Assembly: GCA_040753835.1 (NCBI GenBank)
Contig: JBFMDM010000003.1
Location: forward strand, 1 to 52,597
Length of the DNA: 52,597 nt
Source: Planctomycetota bacterium
Lineage (GTDB): Bacteria > Planctomycetota > MHYJ01 > JACQXL01
Reading direction: 5' to 3'
Part shown: piece after piece, positions 19,135-28,616 of the stretch
Position numbering within the stretch: position 1 is the first letter of the stretch
How the letters are laid out: each line of letters opens with the position of its first letter
The notes under the pieces: generated by a model
What the model saw: the letters and a program-made list of their open reading frames with translations, nothing else
Database searches by the model: none
What the model was told of the DNA's origin: nothing
Program-made: the position numbers and the translations under genes

Positions 19135-19228
19135 TATAGTCAGCGGTTGATTTAACAATAATATTATACAGCCGACTATACTGGGCTGTATATTTCCTGA
19201 TAAATCAACAGCCCAGTATAAAATTATC
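19135..19228. repeat. 94-bp twin-hairpin dispersed repeat, copy 2 (inverted)
   Basis: Reverse complement of 15367-15460 with a few mismatches. Confidence 0.85.
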
Positions 19229-19301
19229 CCTGGTCGCTGTTTCGGTTAATTCGCTAACGCGCCTGCCTACCCTGTCTGCCGACAGGCAGGCGCAGGCAGG
19301 G

Positions 19302-20165
19302 TCACTTCGTGGTCTTAATCTCTCCTTGAACGCCGATGTTGACTTCTTTGAATGGGATGTCCTGTCCGGATTCAGCCACTGCCTTCTTGACCAGATGCAC
19401 CAGTCCGAAGCAACAGGGCACCTCCATATGCACCACGGTCACTGATTTGATATTGGCTATTCTAAACATATCTGTTAATTTGTCAAGGTAAATTTTCGTG
19501 TCATCCAGTTTGGGGCAGGCAATCAACAATGACTTGCCCTTCAAGAAATCCTGGTGGAAATTAGCGCAGGCATAGGAAACGCAGTCCGCGGCGATGACCA
19601 GGTCACTATTCTGGAGAAACGGAGCTCCGGGCGGCACCAGCATCAGTTGCACCGGCCACTGGGCCAGTTGCGACTCAACCCGGGCGGACGGCGCGGATTT
19701 CGGGGCGGCCTCCGGCTTGGGCGCGAATGAACGCACGGACGAGCCAGGACAGCCGCAGGGTAGAGGGTGCGATTTCTCTTCATTCTCTACAGGCACTGCT
19801 ATATGCTTCTCCTTCAGGAAATCAATCGCCTGTTGGAGGTATTCATCCTGCTTATGCTCTTCAAGGTGTTTAAGGTGCGCCTTGATAGTATTGGCGCCCT
19901 GCTTGACGATATTGACCATCACTTTCCTCTCGTCGTAGGGTTCGGCTTTCCGCTCCTCGGTGGAGATGGCGCCTTCAGGGCAGTGTCCGATGCAGGCGCC
20001 CAGGCCGTCGCAGAACAGATCGCTTATCAGCCGCGCCTTGCCGTCTATTATCTGTAGGGCGCCTTCAGGACAGTTGGGAATACACTCGCCGCAGCCCGTG
20101 CATTTGTCCTCGTCTATCCTGATGATTTGACGCAATGTTTTCCTGGTAGCCTTTGCTTTTTCCAT
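19302..20165 (-). CDS. 4Fe-4S ferredoxin-domain protein with Cys-rich C-terminal domain
   Basis: CTGCGECIPNCP, CDGLGACIGHCP, CGCPGS, QWPVQL, ADC, IACPKLD and EVPCC motifs. Confidence 0.88.
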   Translation of the reverse strand: MEKAKATRKTLRQIIRIDEDKCTGCGECIPNCPEGALQIIDGKARLISDLFCDGLGACIGHCPEGAISTEERKAEPYDERKVMVNIVKQGANTIKAHLKHLEEHKQDEYLQQAIDFLKEKHIAVPVENEEKSHPLPCGCPGSSVRSFAPKPEAAPKSAPSARVESQLAQWPVQLMLVPPGAPFLQNSDLVIAADCVSYACANFHQDFLKGKSLLIACPKLDDTKIYLDKLTDMFRIANIKSVTVVHMEVPCCFGLVHLVKKAVAESGQDIPFKEVNIGVQGEIKTTK

Positions 20166-20179
20166 ATACCCTGTTCCTT

Positions 20180-21196
20180 TCATTCAACATAATAAGGATG
20201 GCCGGTTTTGGCGGCATCCTGAACCAGTTCGCGATATTCATCCACGGAAATATTGTTCTGCCAGACCCCGGCCAGCCGTGCCAGGGTGGTTCCGGCCAGG
20301 AACAGCAGGACTATAACAGCCGCATAGGCCGGGCCGGACAGCGCTTTTCTATTTCTGCCGCCTGACAGGTGCAACGTGTCCTTTACCGGGCAGGCGTTGA
20401 CGCACTGCAGGCAGGCATTACACTCGTCAGACAAAACAGCCGTTTCCTTATGCACCTGGACCTGGGCCGGGCAGACCCCGGTGCATTTCCTGCAGTCAAT
20501 ACAGGTATCCTTGTTACGGCGGATCTTCAGGGGGCTCAGCCAGCTCAACGCACCCAGCAAGGCGCCATAGGGGCATAAATAACGGCACCAAAAACTGCGC
20601 ATCAGAACAGATAATATCGCCAGGCCAGCAATGACTAAGACCGCCGTGGCGGATATCTGGGTGAAGAATTTGAGCATCTTGATATCAGCCACTTTATTAT
20701 AGGCGCCATAGATGAACCTTTCCAGGTATCCCACGTTCATCTGAACCATTATGCTCCAAAGGAAAAACAGGAGGATAAAATATTTAACGCCCCTTAAGGA
20801 GTAATCCAGCCAGCGGGGCAATGACAGTGGCTTCCTGAAAACTAGGCCGTGGACTTTAGCGAGGTATTCCGAAAGCAACCCGACCGGACAGACCCAGCTG
20901 CAAAAGCCCCTTTTGAGGAACAAGCCGGTGGTAATAATAATCAGGAGCAAAACCAGCCCTGAAGGATGAACCTTGTTAAATACCCCGGTCAGCAACCAGT
21001 ATTTCAAGCTGATTAACGCGCTGATAGGCAGAAAGGCCTCCACGCCCGGCGGCCTTGACACGGCCGGAATCACGCCTTGCTCAAGATGCCGGACAAAGAC
21101 GTTGAATTGGATGCCAATCAGGACGCATACGCCGGCAAAGCCAATCTGTATCGCCCGCCTGTACGGCTGGATATTGAACGTATCGCTCTTTTCCAT
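20180..21196 (-). CDS. membrane 4Fe-4S binding protein (YccM/NapH-like)
   Basis: FCSWVCPVG, FWCRYLCPYG, two CxxCxxCxxxCP motifs, TM helices. Confidence 0.88.
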   Translation of the reverse strand: MEKSDTFNIQPYRRAIQIGFAGVCVLIGIQFNVFVRHLEQGVIPAVSRPPGVEAFLPISALISLKYWLLTGVFNKVHPSGLVLLLIIITTGLFLKRGFCSWVCPVGLLSEYLAKVHGLVFRKPLSLPRWLDYSLRGVKYFILLFFLWSIMVQMNVGYLERFIYGAYNKVADIKMLKFFTQISATAVLVIAGLAILSVLMRSFWCRYLCPYGALLGALSWLSPLKIRRNKDTCIDCRKCTGVCPAQVQVHKETAVLSDECNACLQCVNACPVKDTLHLSGGRNRKALSGPAYAAVIVLLFLAGTTLARLAGVWQNNISVDEYRELVQDAAKTGHPYYVE

Positions 21197-21200
21197 TGAT

Positions 21201-21419
21201 TTATACCGACTCCACCGCTACCACTTCCGGAACATCCTGCTTGAGGCGGCGTTCAATGCCTTCTTTTAAGGTCATCTGGGACATCGGACAGCCGCCGCAG
21301 GCGCCTGTAAGCCGCACCTTTACCACGCCGTTGGTTACGTCTACCAGTTCCACATCGCCGCCGTCCATCTGTAAGGACGGCCTGATTGCGGCAAGCGCCT
21401 GCTCCACTTTTTCTCTCAT
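21201..21419 (-). CDS. NifU C-terminal (Nfu) domain protein
   Basis: IRPSLQMDGGDVELV...LTGACGGCPMSQMTLKEGIE. Confidence 0.93.
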   Translation of the reverse strand: MREKVEQALAAIRPSLQMDGGDVELVDVTNGVVKVRLTGACGGCPMSQMTLKEGIERRLKQDVPEVVAVESV

Positions 21420-21432
21420 AACTCGTCTCCTT

Positions 21433-21843
21433 CTAAACCGGCGCCTTATCTGCTTCCAGAAGAACCTTGAGGTGTCTATCCTCAATATCTTCCCGATGGT
21501 GAACAGAGACCAGATAAGCCACTTTTTGGATTACCTCTTCATTTACCTCCAACCCTTTAAGCACGTCCCGGGCTATTTCAGCGCCTTTTTCAGAGTGGTA
21601 TTTTACCTTGACTGCCTGGTCCTTGATATTGCCCGCATAATCACCGCCGTACGGAGCCGAATACCCGATATCGTGCAGATACGCCGATGCCAGAAGAATA
21701 TCCCTTTCCCTTGCATCCCTTACAGGCCGCATTAACCCCTTCATATTATCCACCACCAATACGGTGTGCTTATAATAACGGGGAACAGTGGCTGAGAAAA
21801 TCTCTTCCACCCGGGCTCTTAATCTTTCTTCATCCATATTCAT
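21433..21843 (-). CDS. small HD-domain protein
   Basis: KHT..., YLHDIG, YHSEKGA, VHH, ADK. Confidence 0.8.
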   Translation of the reverse strand: MNMDEERLRARVEEIFSATVPRYYKHTVLVVDNMKGLMRPVRDARERDILLASAYLHDIGYSAPYGGDYAGNIKDQAVKVKYHSEKGAEIARDVLKGLEVNEEVIQKVAYLVSVHHREDIEDRHLKVLLEADKAPV

Positions 21844-21854
21844 CCTGCTTTTCG

Positions 21855-22337
21855 CTATGTTGAAAGCCATTCCTCCTTGAGTATCTCGCCCTGAATGCTT
21901 ACCACGACGTATTTAACCGGAACCTTTCGCTTGCTGGAGGCCGCGGCGCGCTTGGCTAATTCCACCAGGCCCATGCAACAGGGCACCTGCATAATCAGGA
22001 CCGTCAGCGTATTTATCCTGGCATCCTCAATCCAGGACTTTATCTTCTCCTCATAAACGTCCTGTTCCTCGTCAAGTTTGGGGCAGGCGATTGCAATGGA
22101 CTTGCCCTTTAAATAATCGTTGTGGAAGTTGCCGAATGCGTAAGCCACGCAATCGGCGGTCAGGAGTACGTCCGCGCCCTGGTAATAAGGCGCAGACGGC
22201 GAAATAAGGTGCAACTGTATCGGCCACTGCGCCAGTTGGGACGGCATTGCCGTTGCTACGCCACCCTTTTCTTTTTCCTTACTGCGGAGATCCTGCATCT
22301 TTGAACCCGGACACCCTTCAAATCCTGCCATATTCAA
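21855..22337 (-). CDS. Cys-rich Fe-S-associated domain protein, paralogous to the C-terminus of 19302-20165
   Basis: GCPGS, SQLAQWPIQL, ADC, IACPKLD and QVPCC motifs; no ferredoxin domain. Confidence 0.8.
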   Translation of the reverse strand: MNMAGFEGCPGSKMQDLRSKEKEKGGVATAMPSQLAQWPIQLHLISPSAPYYQGADVLLTADCVAYAFGNFHNDYLKGKSIAIACPKLDEEQDVYEEKIKSWIEDARINTLTVLIMQVPCCMGLVELAKRAAASSKRKVPVKYVVVSIQGEILKEEWLST

Positions 22338-22358
22338 TTCTCCTTTCCATCCTATATT

Positions 22359-23159
22359 TTATATTGGTATCTGAACGGGGGATTGTATCTTATTGCTTAA
22401 TTCCTTTATAAAATTACGATATTTCGTTTCGGTGTCTGCGAATTTCCCGTCTGTCTCGTTAAACCTGCCGAACATCTCGCCAATCTGGCTGGTGGAAAGG
22501 TTCTGGTCCATCCAGGGATACAGTATTTCATCCTCCTTTTTAATGTGCTCGGTAAGCAGTTCCCGGTAGCCATTCAGATATTCTGCAATCACTCTCTTAT
22601 CCTTAACCGTGATTCCCTGCAATATGCCTTTGACATAACCGCGGCCTTTCTGGTGGTCTTCGTTCATAACCTTTATTATATCCAAATTGGCGTCAAAATA
22701 CTTGAATAGGATATCCTCTTCCTTAGCGTGGTGGTACCTGTCCGCATACGAGCGGATAAAATCCACGCCATCCTTAATAAGTTGCCGTCCATCTTCCATA
22801 TTTATATCAACGGTCCTTATTATGTCCGGTATCAGGGCAAGAAAATTCTTTATCAGGGTATGCTCGTCGACCAGTTTATTAATGGGCGGAGAGTATTTTA
22901 TCTCGCGCCGCTTAAACTCGGTTTTCCTATGCGCTTTCTTGGGCGCGGGCTCCCGGCCCGGATAAAAGACCTCTGAAAGTTCATCCATTAACGATTCTTC
23001 ATCATCCGGCGACAGGTTGTGTATTCCCACGATATCCTTCAGCAGGCAGGTCCCGACCGAACAGGTAACACAGCCAATGTTATATCTCTGTAGAACATCG
23101 CCGGTTTTCGGGAATTCCACAATCAGTTCTTTTATTCCTTTGTTCAGATATTCATCCAT
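22359..23159 (-). CDS. hemerythrin-domain protein with N-terminal CxxCxxxxC domain
   Basis: IGCVTCSVGTC; hemerythrin ligands DEH, HHAKEEDILF, EDH, HIKKEDEILYP. Confidence 0.85.
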   Translation of the reverse strand: MDEYLNKGIKELIVEFPKTGDVLQRYNIGCVTCSVGTCLLKDIVGIHNLSPDDEESLMDELSEVFYPGREPAPKKAHRKTEFKRREIKYSPPINKLVDEHTLIKNFLALIPDIIRTVDINMEDGRQLIKDGVDFIRSYADRYHHAKEEDILFKYFDANLDIIKVMNEDHQKGRGYVKGILQGITVKDKRVIAEYLNGYRELLTEHIKKEDEILYPWMDQNLSTSQIGEMFGRFNETDGKFADTETKYRNFIKELSNKIQSPVQIPI

Positions 23160-23208
23160 CTTTCCTTTTCTCCTTTTAATGAATGCTGGGTTCACCCCAC
23201 CCCGATGT

Positions 23209-24204
23209 TCATCGGGACGGCGTAAAGCAGCAATACCCGATTTCGTCGCACTTCTTCTTTATTTCCGTCCATTCCTCGGGTTTGATGGTTTTAAGGGCCG
23301 CCTGATAAAGGATGTTGTCTTCCTTGAAAATGTGCTTGGCAAGTTCACGCACGAGGTATTCACCTGCATCTTCAAGACGCTTGAGAAATTCCGCATAATT
23401 ATCAGGCGGGTTTTGGGCTAATTCGTGTAACGACTTCTTGCGCTTGCGGAGTTCCACATGCTCCAGGCGCATAATCTCCGGCGGCTCGGTTATCCCGTAC
23501 CGCTCCAGGGCCGGGAAAATCACCTCCTCCTCGCGCTGGTGGTGCTTTTCCGCCTCCACTAGGTGGTGGGCAACTCCGGCCAGCATGGTCAGGTAATGCT
23601 GCATGTTGTCAAACGACTTTGATTCCCTGAATCGCTTAATCAGTTCCTGCAGTTTATTGAGGTATTCCATAATCATTTTATGCTCTTCCAGCATCGTATG
23701 AATCGGATGGCCCGGCTCGGGCGTAACCTGGTCGGTCTTGAGATTTTCCGCCATTATTTCTAAATGCACATCACACAGTTTCATTATTTCGTCGCGGGGC
23801 ATTCCTTCCTTGATAATCTCCTGCTCCAAGGTAGCCAGTTCTGTTGGCCCGATTCCCCTCAGGGCTTGCTTGGCTTCATCCTTAAGCGCCGAAATATCAC
23901 CGCCGGAATGAAGTTTACGGAATACCTCTTTTATCCGGCTTTTCTGGTCGGTATTGTCTGAGCCACCGACTTTCTTAATCTGAACCACCCAATCTTTAGG
24001 CCCTTGCTGTTTATACTTCCACTCAAAAATATTGGGATATTCCGCCTGGAACTGGTACCTGAGCGGCTTGGGGTCGTGGTCATTGATAATCTCCAGGGTC
24101 TGGCCGGCCTTGAGATTGTTCCAGACCTCAAATATCTTGTCGTGCCGTTCAAACGGATGCATCTTCCTTAAATCCAGTTGTTCTATTGTATTCAGTTCTG
24201 CCAT
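23209..24204 (-). CDS. DUF2249 + DUF438-like + hemerythrin protein
   Basis: LDLR..PFERH...INDHDPKPL (DUF2249); EQEII.EG...LCDVH...PGHPIHTMLEEH (DUF438-like); HHQREEEVIFP, HIFKEDNILY, IGYCCF. Confidence 0.85.
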   Translation of the reverse strand: MAELNTIEQLDLRKMHPFERHDKIFEVWNNLKAGQTLEIINDHDPKPLRYQFQAEYPNIFEWKYKQQGPKDWVVQIKKVGGSDNTDQKSRIKEVFRKLHSGGDISALKDEAKQALRGIGPTELATLEQEIIKEGMPRDEIMKLCDVHLEIMAENLKTDQVTPEPGHPIHTMLEEHKMIMEYLNKLQELIKRFRESKSFDNMQHYLTMLAGVAHHLVEAEKHHQREEEVIFPALERYGITEPPEIMRLEHVELRKRKKSLHELAQNPPDNYAEFLKRLEDAGEYLVRELAKHIFKEDNILYQAALKTIKPEEWTEIKKKCDEIGYCCFTPSR

Positions 24205-24271
24205 AATCGTACCTCCATTTCTTATGGCACCAAAAGCGCCATTAGACCCGCCATAGGCGGGCAAGTTATTA

Positions 24272-24592
24272 CTACTTCTTATCCTTCTCTTCCGGCTCTT
24301 TGGAAACCCCTCTATTCAGGGTTTGTTTTGTGGTATCGCCCTGTTCCGTGGCGCAGGGCGCGGTCTTTTCTATCTCCTTCATGTCCCGGCCGATGCAGTA
24401 CTTGGCATACTGGCACCACTGGGCGCAGCCCATATCCAGTTTGGGATTCCGGAACCGGTGCCCGCACTTCTTGCAACGGCGATAGACATCGTCCTTCCAG
24501 AACTCCACCTTGGCCTTGCAATTGGGACAGTCCACGTCGTAGATATCCTCCGGCTTCCAAAACTGTAAATCCTGTCCGGGACATCGTGCCAT
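24272..24592 (-). CDS. small Cys-rich (Zn-ribbon/Fe-S) protein
   Basis: MARCPGQD...CPNC...EFWKDD...CKKCG...GCAQWCQYAKYC; GGAGG SD precedes ATG 24592. Confidence 0.8.
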   Translation of the reverse strand: MARCPGQDLQFWKPEDIYDVDCPNCKAKVEFWKDDVYRRCKKCGHRFRNPKLDMGCAQWCQYAKYCIGRDMKEIEKTAPCATEQGDTTKQTLNRGVSKEPEEKDKK

Positions 24593-24610
24593 ATTCTCAC
24601 CTCCGCTTAT

Positions 24611-24651
24611 ATTATAACACAGATATGGAATTTCATCTTGACTTATGTCAA
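24611..24651 (-). promoter_or_regulatory. FNR/Dnr-like box with -10 element (class II promoter) for the Fe-S/hemerythrin operon
   Basis: TTGAC-N4-GTCAA palindrome at 24638-24651; minus-strand TATAAT at 24616-24611, placing the box centre near -41. Confidence 0.7.
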
Positions 24652-24851
24652 ACCGCACTAAAAATTTATTATTACGCCCTGCGAGAACACGAATAATACC
24701 GAATCCGGACGAATCATGCGAATTAGATTCTATTCGTGACATTCGCTCTTATTCGCTTCGCGGTCACTGCGTGTTCGTATGATTCGTGTTAAAGAATTGG
24801 TTAATTGGCTTGCGGGATACTATTATTGATACTCACGATGTTAATGTCCTA

Positions 24852-24902
24852 TGTAGTTGCCCAATTTATTGGGCGAAATGCCTGATAAATCAGGCAACTA
24901 CA
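24852..24902. repeat. GTAG-type REP doublet
   Basis: TGTAGTTGCCCAATTTATTGGGC...GCCTGATAAATCAGGCAACTACA. Confidence 0.65.
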
Positions 24903-25113
24903 AGGTATTATTGTGCGAGAATATAGGACATTAATAATGTTACTCTCAATAGTATTTCGGGCGCTTACCAGGATACCAGTTAGGCCTCGTCCCCCGATGT
25001 CCATCGGGGGACTCGGCAACTTATCCAGCACATAATTTATGTGCTGGGTCGTATTGCAGTAATCGCCTAACGCAGTCCCCCGCCCTATTCAATTAGAGCG
25101 GGGTGGAATTTCA

Positions 25114-26310
25114 TTATTGAAATTCCATACGATAAAATATCGCCGCGCCGATAAGGCCGACTACTGAGGCGACCACGAAGAGAACTTCAGGGCCCCATTT
25201 CATCCAGATTAACGCTCCGGCTATAGAAGAACTGCAGAAGGCGAAACTGCGCAGGCCCCAATAGAACCCGATGGCTTTGGCCCGAACGGTCTCGGGCATC
25301 AGGTTGGTAATCATACGTTTGCGGGCCGGCTCGCCTATCTCGCGCAGACCGTAAAGAACAAACGCACCGACCAGAACAACCATACTATTAGTAAAACCGG
25401 CCAGCAGGAACCCCAAAGGAAAGATGGCAAAGAATATGAAGGACAAACCGATATAGGGTTTCAAGTTTCCTTTCTCGGTCGCCTTGCCGATGGGAATATA
25501 AGTCAGTATTGAAGCGGTGATTTCAACAACCGTTAATACGCTGAAAAGCCACGGTTCAATATCCATATTAAACAGGCAGTAAATAACAATAAATTCCTTT
25601 ACCATCCAGAGGCACCAGCGGGTGAAAATCTCGGCTAATAACAGGTGTTTTAGCGTCTGCGGTATCATCTGCCAGATTTGCCGATAGGGCACGGAACCAT
25701 TGGAGTTATTGGCTGTCTTGGGCATTATCTTCCACTGGACCAGTAAGGCAATTATACCTAAGCCGAAAGAAACCCAGACCAACTTCATCGTACCGGAAAT
25801 AATCCCATATCTTGAAAGAACTAAACCGCCTACCACTATCCCGGTAATCACCGGAAGCCGCTTCTGGATGGACTGCAGGGCAAAGGCCAGACCCTGTTTC
25901 TCGGTCCTGGTGGTAGAGCCGACCGAGGTCAGGGTTACGGGTTGAGAGAGCGACTCCCAGCCCCGGATGAGCAGGACCGATATTATGACAATGGCCGGGA
26001 TTGAACCCAGCGTGACAAACAGCAGATAACCGGCCAGGGTCAGGATACTGAAGAGGATTAGCGAACCGCGGTCGCCCAACTTGTGCGTAACCAGGCCGCC
26101 GCCTGTGTAGCAAATACCCTCAAAGAGATTGAAGGCCATAGCATAGATGCCAACAATGAGAATCGGCTGGCCTTTGTCAGTGAGGTAGGCCGGGATGAAC
26201 CTGGACCATAGTTCCTCGCCGAACCCGAAAAGAATAATGGTCAGAAGCACAATAGCCGTGGTCTTATTGATGGCGAAGAAGTCCGCCATTCGGCGCAGAG
26301 GGTTTGTCAT
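25114..26310 (-). CDS. MFS transporter
   Basis: About 12 TM helices, GGLVTHKLGDRGS motif A-like loop, REIGEPARK. Confidence 0.85.
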   Translation of the reverse strand: MTNPLRRMADFFAINKTTAIVLLTIILFGFGEELWSRFIPAYLTDKGQPILIVGIYAMAFNLFEGICYTGGGLVTHKLGDRGSLILFSILTLAGYLLFVTLGSIPAIVIISVLLIRGWESLSQPVTLTSVGSTTRTEKQGLAFALQSIQKRLPVITGIVVGGLVLSRYGIISGTMKLVWVSFGLGIIALLVQWKIMPKTANNSNGSVPYRQIWQMIPQTLKHLLLAEIFTRWCLWMVKEFIVIYCLFNMDIEPWLFSVLTVVEITASILTYIPIGKATEKGNLKPYIGLSFIFFAIFPLGFLLAGFTNSMVVLVGAFVLYGLREIGEPARKRMITNLMPETVRAKAIGFYWGLRSFAFCSSSIAGALIWMKWGPEVLFVVASVVGLIGAAIFYRMEFQ

Positions 26311-26315
26311 TTCTA

Positions 26316-27041
26316 TTATATCTTCATCCCGGATGCGATTTCCTCAAGCCGCGTCTTGTTGAGAATGGTGATTTTGTTTCCCGCAACCTTGATTACCTTC
26401 CTGGATTTGAATTTATTCAACGTGCGCGAGAACGTAGCGCTGATAGTTCCCAGCCGCGAGGCCAGTTCCTTTTTAATAATAGGCAGTTTTATCTCTATAA
26501 CCGCATCGTTCTCTTTCCCGGCTTCCATTACCATGTCAAGAAGATACCTGGCCAGCCGGGCCGGCACGTCCTTAAGGGAAAGGTCCTCTATAACAGCCAC
26601 CATACGGCGCAGATATTGGGACATTGAGGCCAGCATATTGAGTGAAATCTGCGGGTTGTCGCGAATGAGTTTTATCAGGTCGTTCTTGAATAGGAAGAAC
26701 ACCTCGCTGTCGGTTATGGCTGCGGCATTGGCCGGCGCAACACCCCTGGTGAATGCGGCCACCTCGGCAAATGTCCCGCCCGGCGCGACCCAGTGCAGAA
26801 TCTGCTCCTTGCCTTCGGAGGAGAGTTTATAGACCTTGATTTGGCCGGAGATGACGATATAAAAACCCTCCAGTTCCTGGCCTTCGGAGATAATCACCTG
26901 TCCCTTGCGGAATTTGCGCTTGATGACCATCCGGCTGACCCGTTCCAAATCCATTGGATTCAAGCCGGAAAATAGCGCCACCTGCTTCAGTGTCCGCTCG
27001 TATTCCGAAGAGCAATTAGTGCAATAATCGGGATTCTTCAT
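26316..27041 (-). CDS. Crp/Fnr-family transcriptional regulator (Dnr/HcpR-like)
   Basis: LFSGL, SGQIKVYKLSSEGKEQIL, FAEVA, RLARYLL, HTH ELASRLGTISATFSR; N-terminal CxxC. Confidence 0.92.
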   Translation of the reverse strand: MKNPDYCTNCSSEYERTLKQVALFSGLNPMDLERVSRMVIKRKFRKGQVIISEGQELEGFYIVISGQIKVYKLSSEGKEQILHWVAPGGTFAEVAAFTRGVAPANAAAITDSEVFFLFKNDLIKLIRDNPQISLNMLASMSQYLRRMVAVIEDLSLKDVPARLARYLLDMVMEAGKENDAVIEIKLPIIKKELASRLGTISATFSRTLNKFKSRKVIKVAGNKITILNKTRLEEIASGMKI

Positions 27042-27287
27042 AAACACTACTAATTACGAATCTGCGAATTACGAATAATTAATAACTATGCCGTGGTTCG
27101 CCTTCTTCTTTTCCTGCTGATTTTACTATACAAAATATTTCCGCTATGTTAAGAAATAATCTGTGTAAACTTGTGGTGAGGTTGCCGAACCATCTGTGGC
27201 TGATTAGATTGGTGTCCTTCGTCCAAGTAGGACTTCGGAACACCTGTTCTTTAGAGCATATATTTGAAACAATGAGGGGTGGTCTAA

Positions 27288-27433
27288 GAGCGTCTAACAA
27301 AATGACTATTATCGCGCCTATAATGAGATTGCTTCGTCCCCCGAAGCAAGTTCGGGGTCCTCGCAATGACAGGTTCCGGGCGTTGTCATTGCGAGCCCGA
27401 TAGGGCGTGGCAATCTCATTTTGTTAGACGCTC
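27288..27433. mobile_element. 146-bp MITE with 18-bp TIRs and TAA target duplication, carrying a nested palindrome
   Basis: TAA|GAGCGTCTAACAAAATGA ... TCATTTTGTTAGACGCTC|TAA; internal GAGATTGCTTCGTC..CTCGCAATGAC / GTCATTGCGAG..GCAATCTC. Confidence 0.7.
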
Positions 27434-27477
27434 TAATAAACCACTCCGAAGCTTTAGCGTAGGATGGAGTGCTTGCT

Positions 27478-28416
27478 ATGAATCCGATGAAGGATTGCTT
27501 CCTCTTCCTGTCCAGGCAAACCCTGTTGCAGAAACTGCTTTCCACTTCCGGCCCCTGCAAAATCATCTCGCGCCGGTTCGTCTCGGGCGAGACCATGGAC
27601 GAATCCGTCTGCGCGGCTAAGGACCTTAATAAGCACGGCATAAAGGTTACCCTTGACCATCTGGGCGAGAGCGTCTGCGACGAGAAATCGGCCTGCGAGG
27701 CGGCCGATGAATACCTTCATATCCTGGAGAAAATCAAATCAGAGCCGGGCGATGACATCACCGTCTCCCTGAAACTCACCCAGATGGGACTGGATATCAG
27801 CGACAAGTTCTGCCTGGATAATATGCGCCGGATTATGGACAAGACCAAGGGCTATAACAAGAAACTCACCATTGATATGGAAGACACGCCCTACACGGAC
27901 CGGACCTTGAATATCTATACCTCTTTGCTCAATGAGGGGTTTGACGGCACCGGCATCGTCATCCAGGCGTATCTCAGGCGCAGTGAGGCAGACATAAAAA
28001 ACCTGCTTGATTTAGGCCCGCGTATCCGGCTCTGCAAGGGCGCATACAAGGAGCCCGCGAAGTTCGCCTTCCCCAAGAAGGCGGACGTGGACAGCAATTA
28101 TACCAATCTTCTGGCTATTATGTTCAGTAAGGACGCCCTGGCCAAGGGAACCTATCCTGAAGTGGCCACGCACGATGAGAATATAATTAACTGGACTCTT
28201 GACCACGTCAGGAAGAACAACATCCCGGCTGACAAGTTTGAGTTCCAGATGCTTTATGGCATCCGGCGCGACCTGCAGGAAAAACTGGTCAGGGACGGCT
28301 TCAGGATGCGGGTCTATCTGCCATACGGCACGCACTGGTATCCGTATTTTATGAGACGCCTGGCCGAACGCCCGGCCAATGTCTGGTTTATGGTCAAGAA
28401 TATGTGCTACCGGTAG
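27478..28416 (+). CDS. monofunctional proline dehydrogenase
   Basis: RRFVSGET, LDHLGE, SLKLTQMG, IDMED, QAYL, RLCKGAY, ATHD, FQMLYGIR and YFMRRLAERP motifs. Confidence 0.95.
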   Translation: MNPMKDCFLFLSRQTLLQKLLSTSGPCKIISRRFVSGETMDESVCAAKDLNKHGIKVTLDHLGESVCDEKSACEAADEYLHILEKIKSEPGDDITVSLKLTQMGLDISDKFCLDNMRRIMDKTKGYNKKLTIDMEDTPYTDRTLNIYTSLLNEGFDGTGIVIQAYLRRSEADIKNLLDLGPRIRLCKGAYKEPAKFAFPKKADVDSNYTNLLAIMFSKDALAKGTYPEVATHDENIINWTLDHVRKNNIPADKFEFQMLYGIRRDLQEKLVRDGFRMRVYLPYGTHWYPYFMRRLAERPANVWFMVKNMCYR

Positions 28417-28616
28417 GACGGGAACCACAGATAAACGCAGATAGACGCTGATTAATATTAAACACGAATATCGCGAATAAGAACGAATTATGCGGATAAT
28501 TCGTGTTATTCGGATTTATTCGCTGGAGGCGCCTGCCACCCAATGTCCATCGGTGGGTCCCTTCGGGTCTGCCTGCGGTAGGCAGGTTCGTGTAATTCGT
28601 GTTTTCTTATCCGTGT

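Noticed and set aside
24593-24742. Long N-terminal extension of ORF 24272..24742 (likewise the starts at 5342, 10793 and 31935)
   Set aside because: The extensions cross promoter or repeat DNA; downstream ATGs with SD or promoter context fit better.
27079-27720. Several short ORFs between the Crp/Fnr gene and proline dehydrogenase
   Set aside because: They run through palindromic repeats, the MITE or the antisense strand of a real gene, and show no protein motifs.
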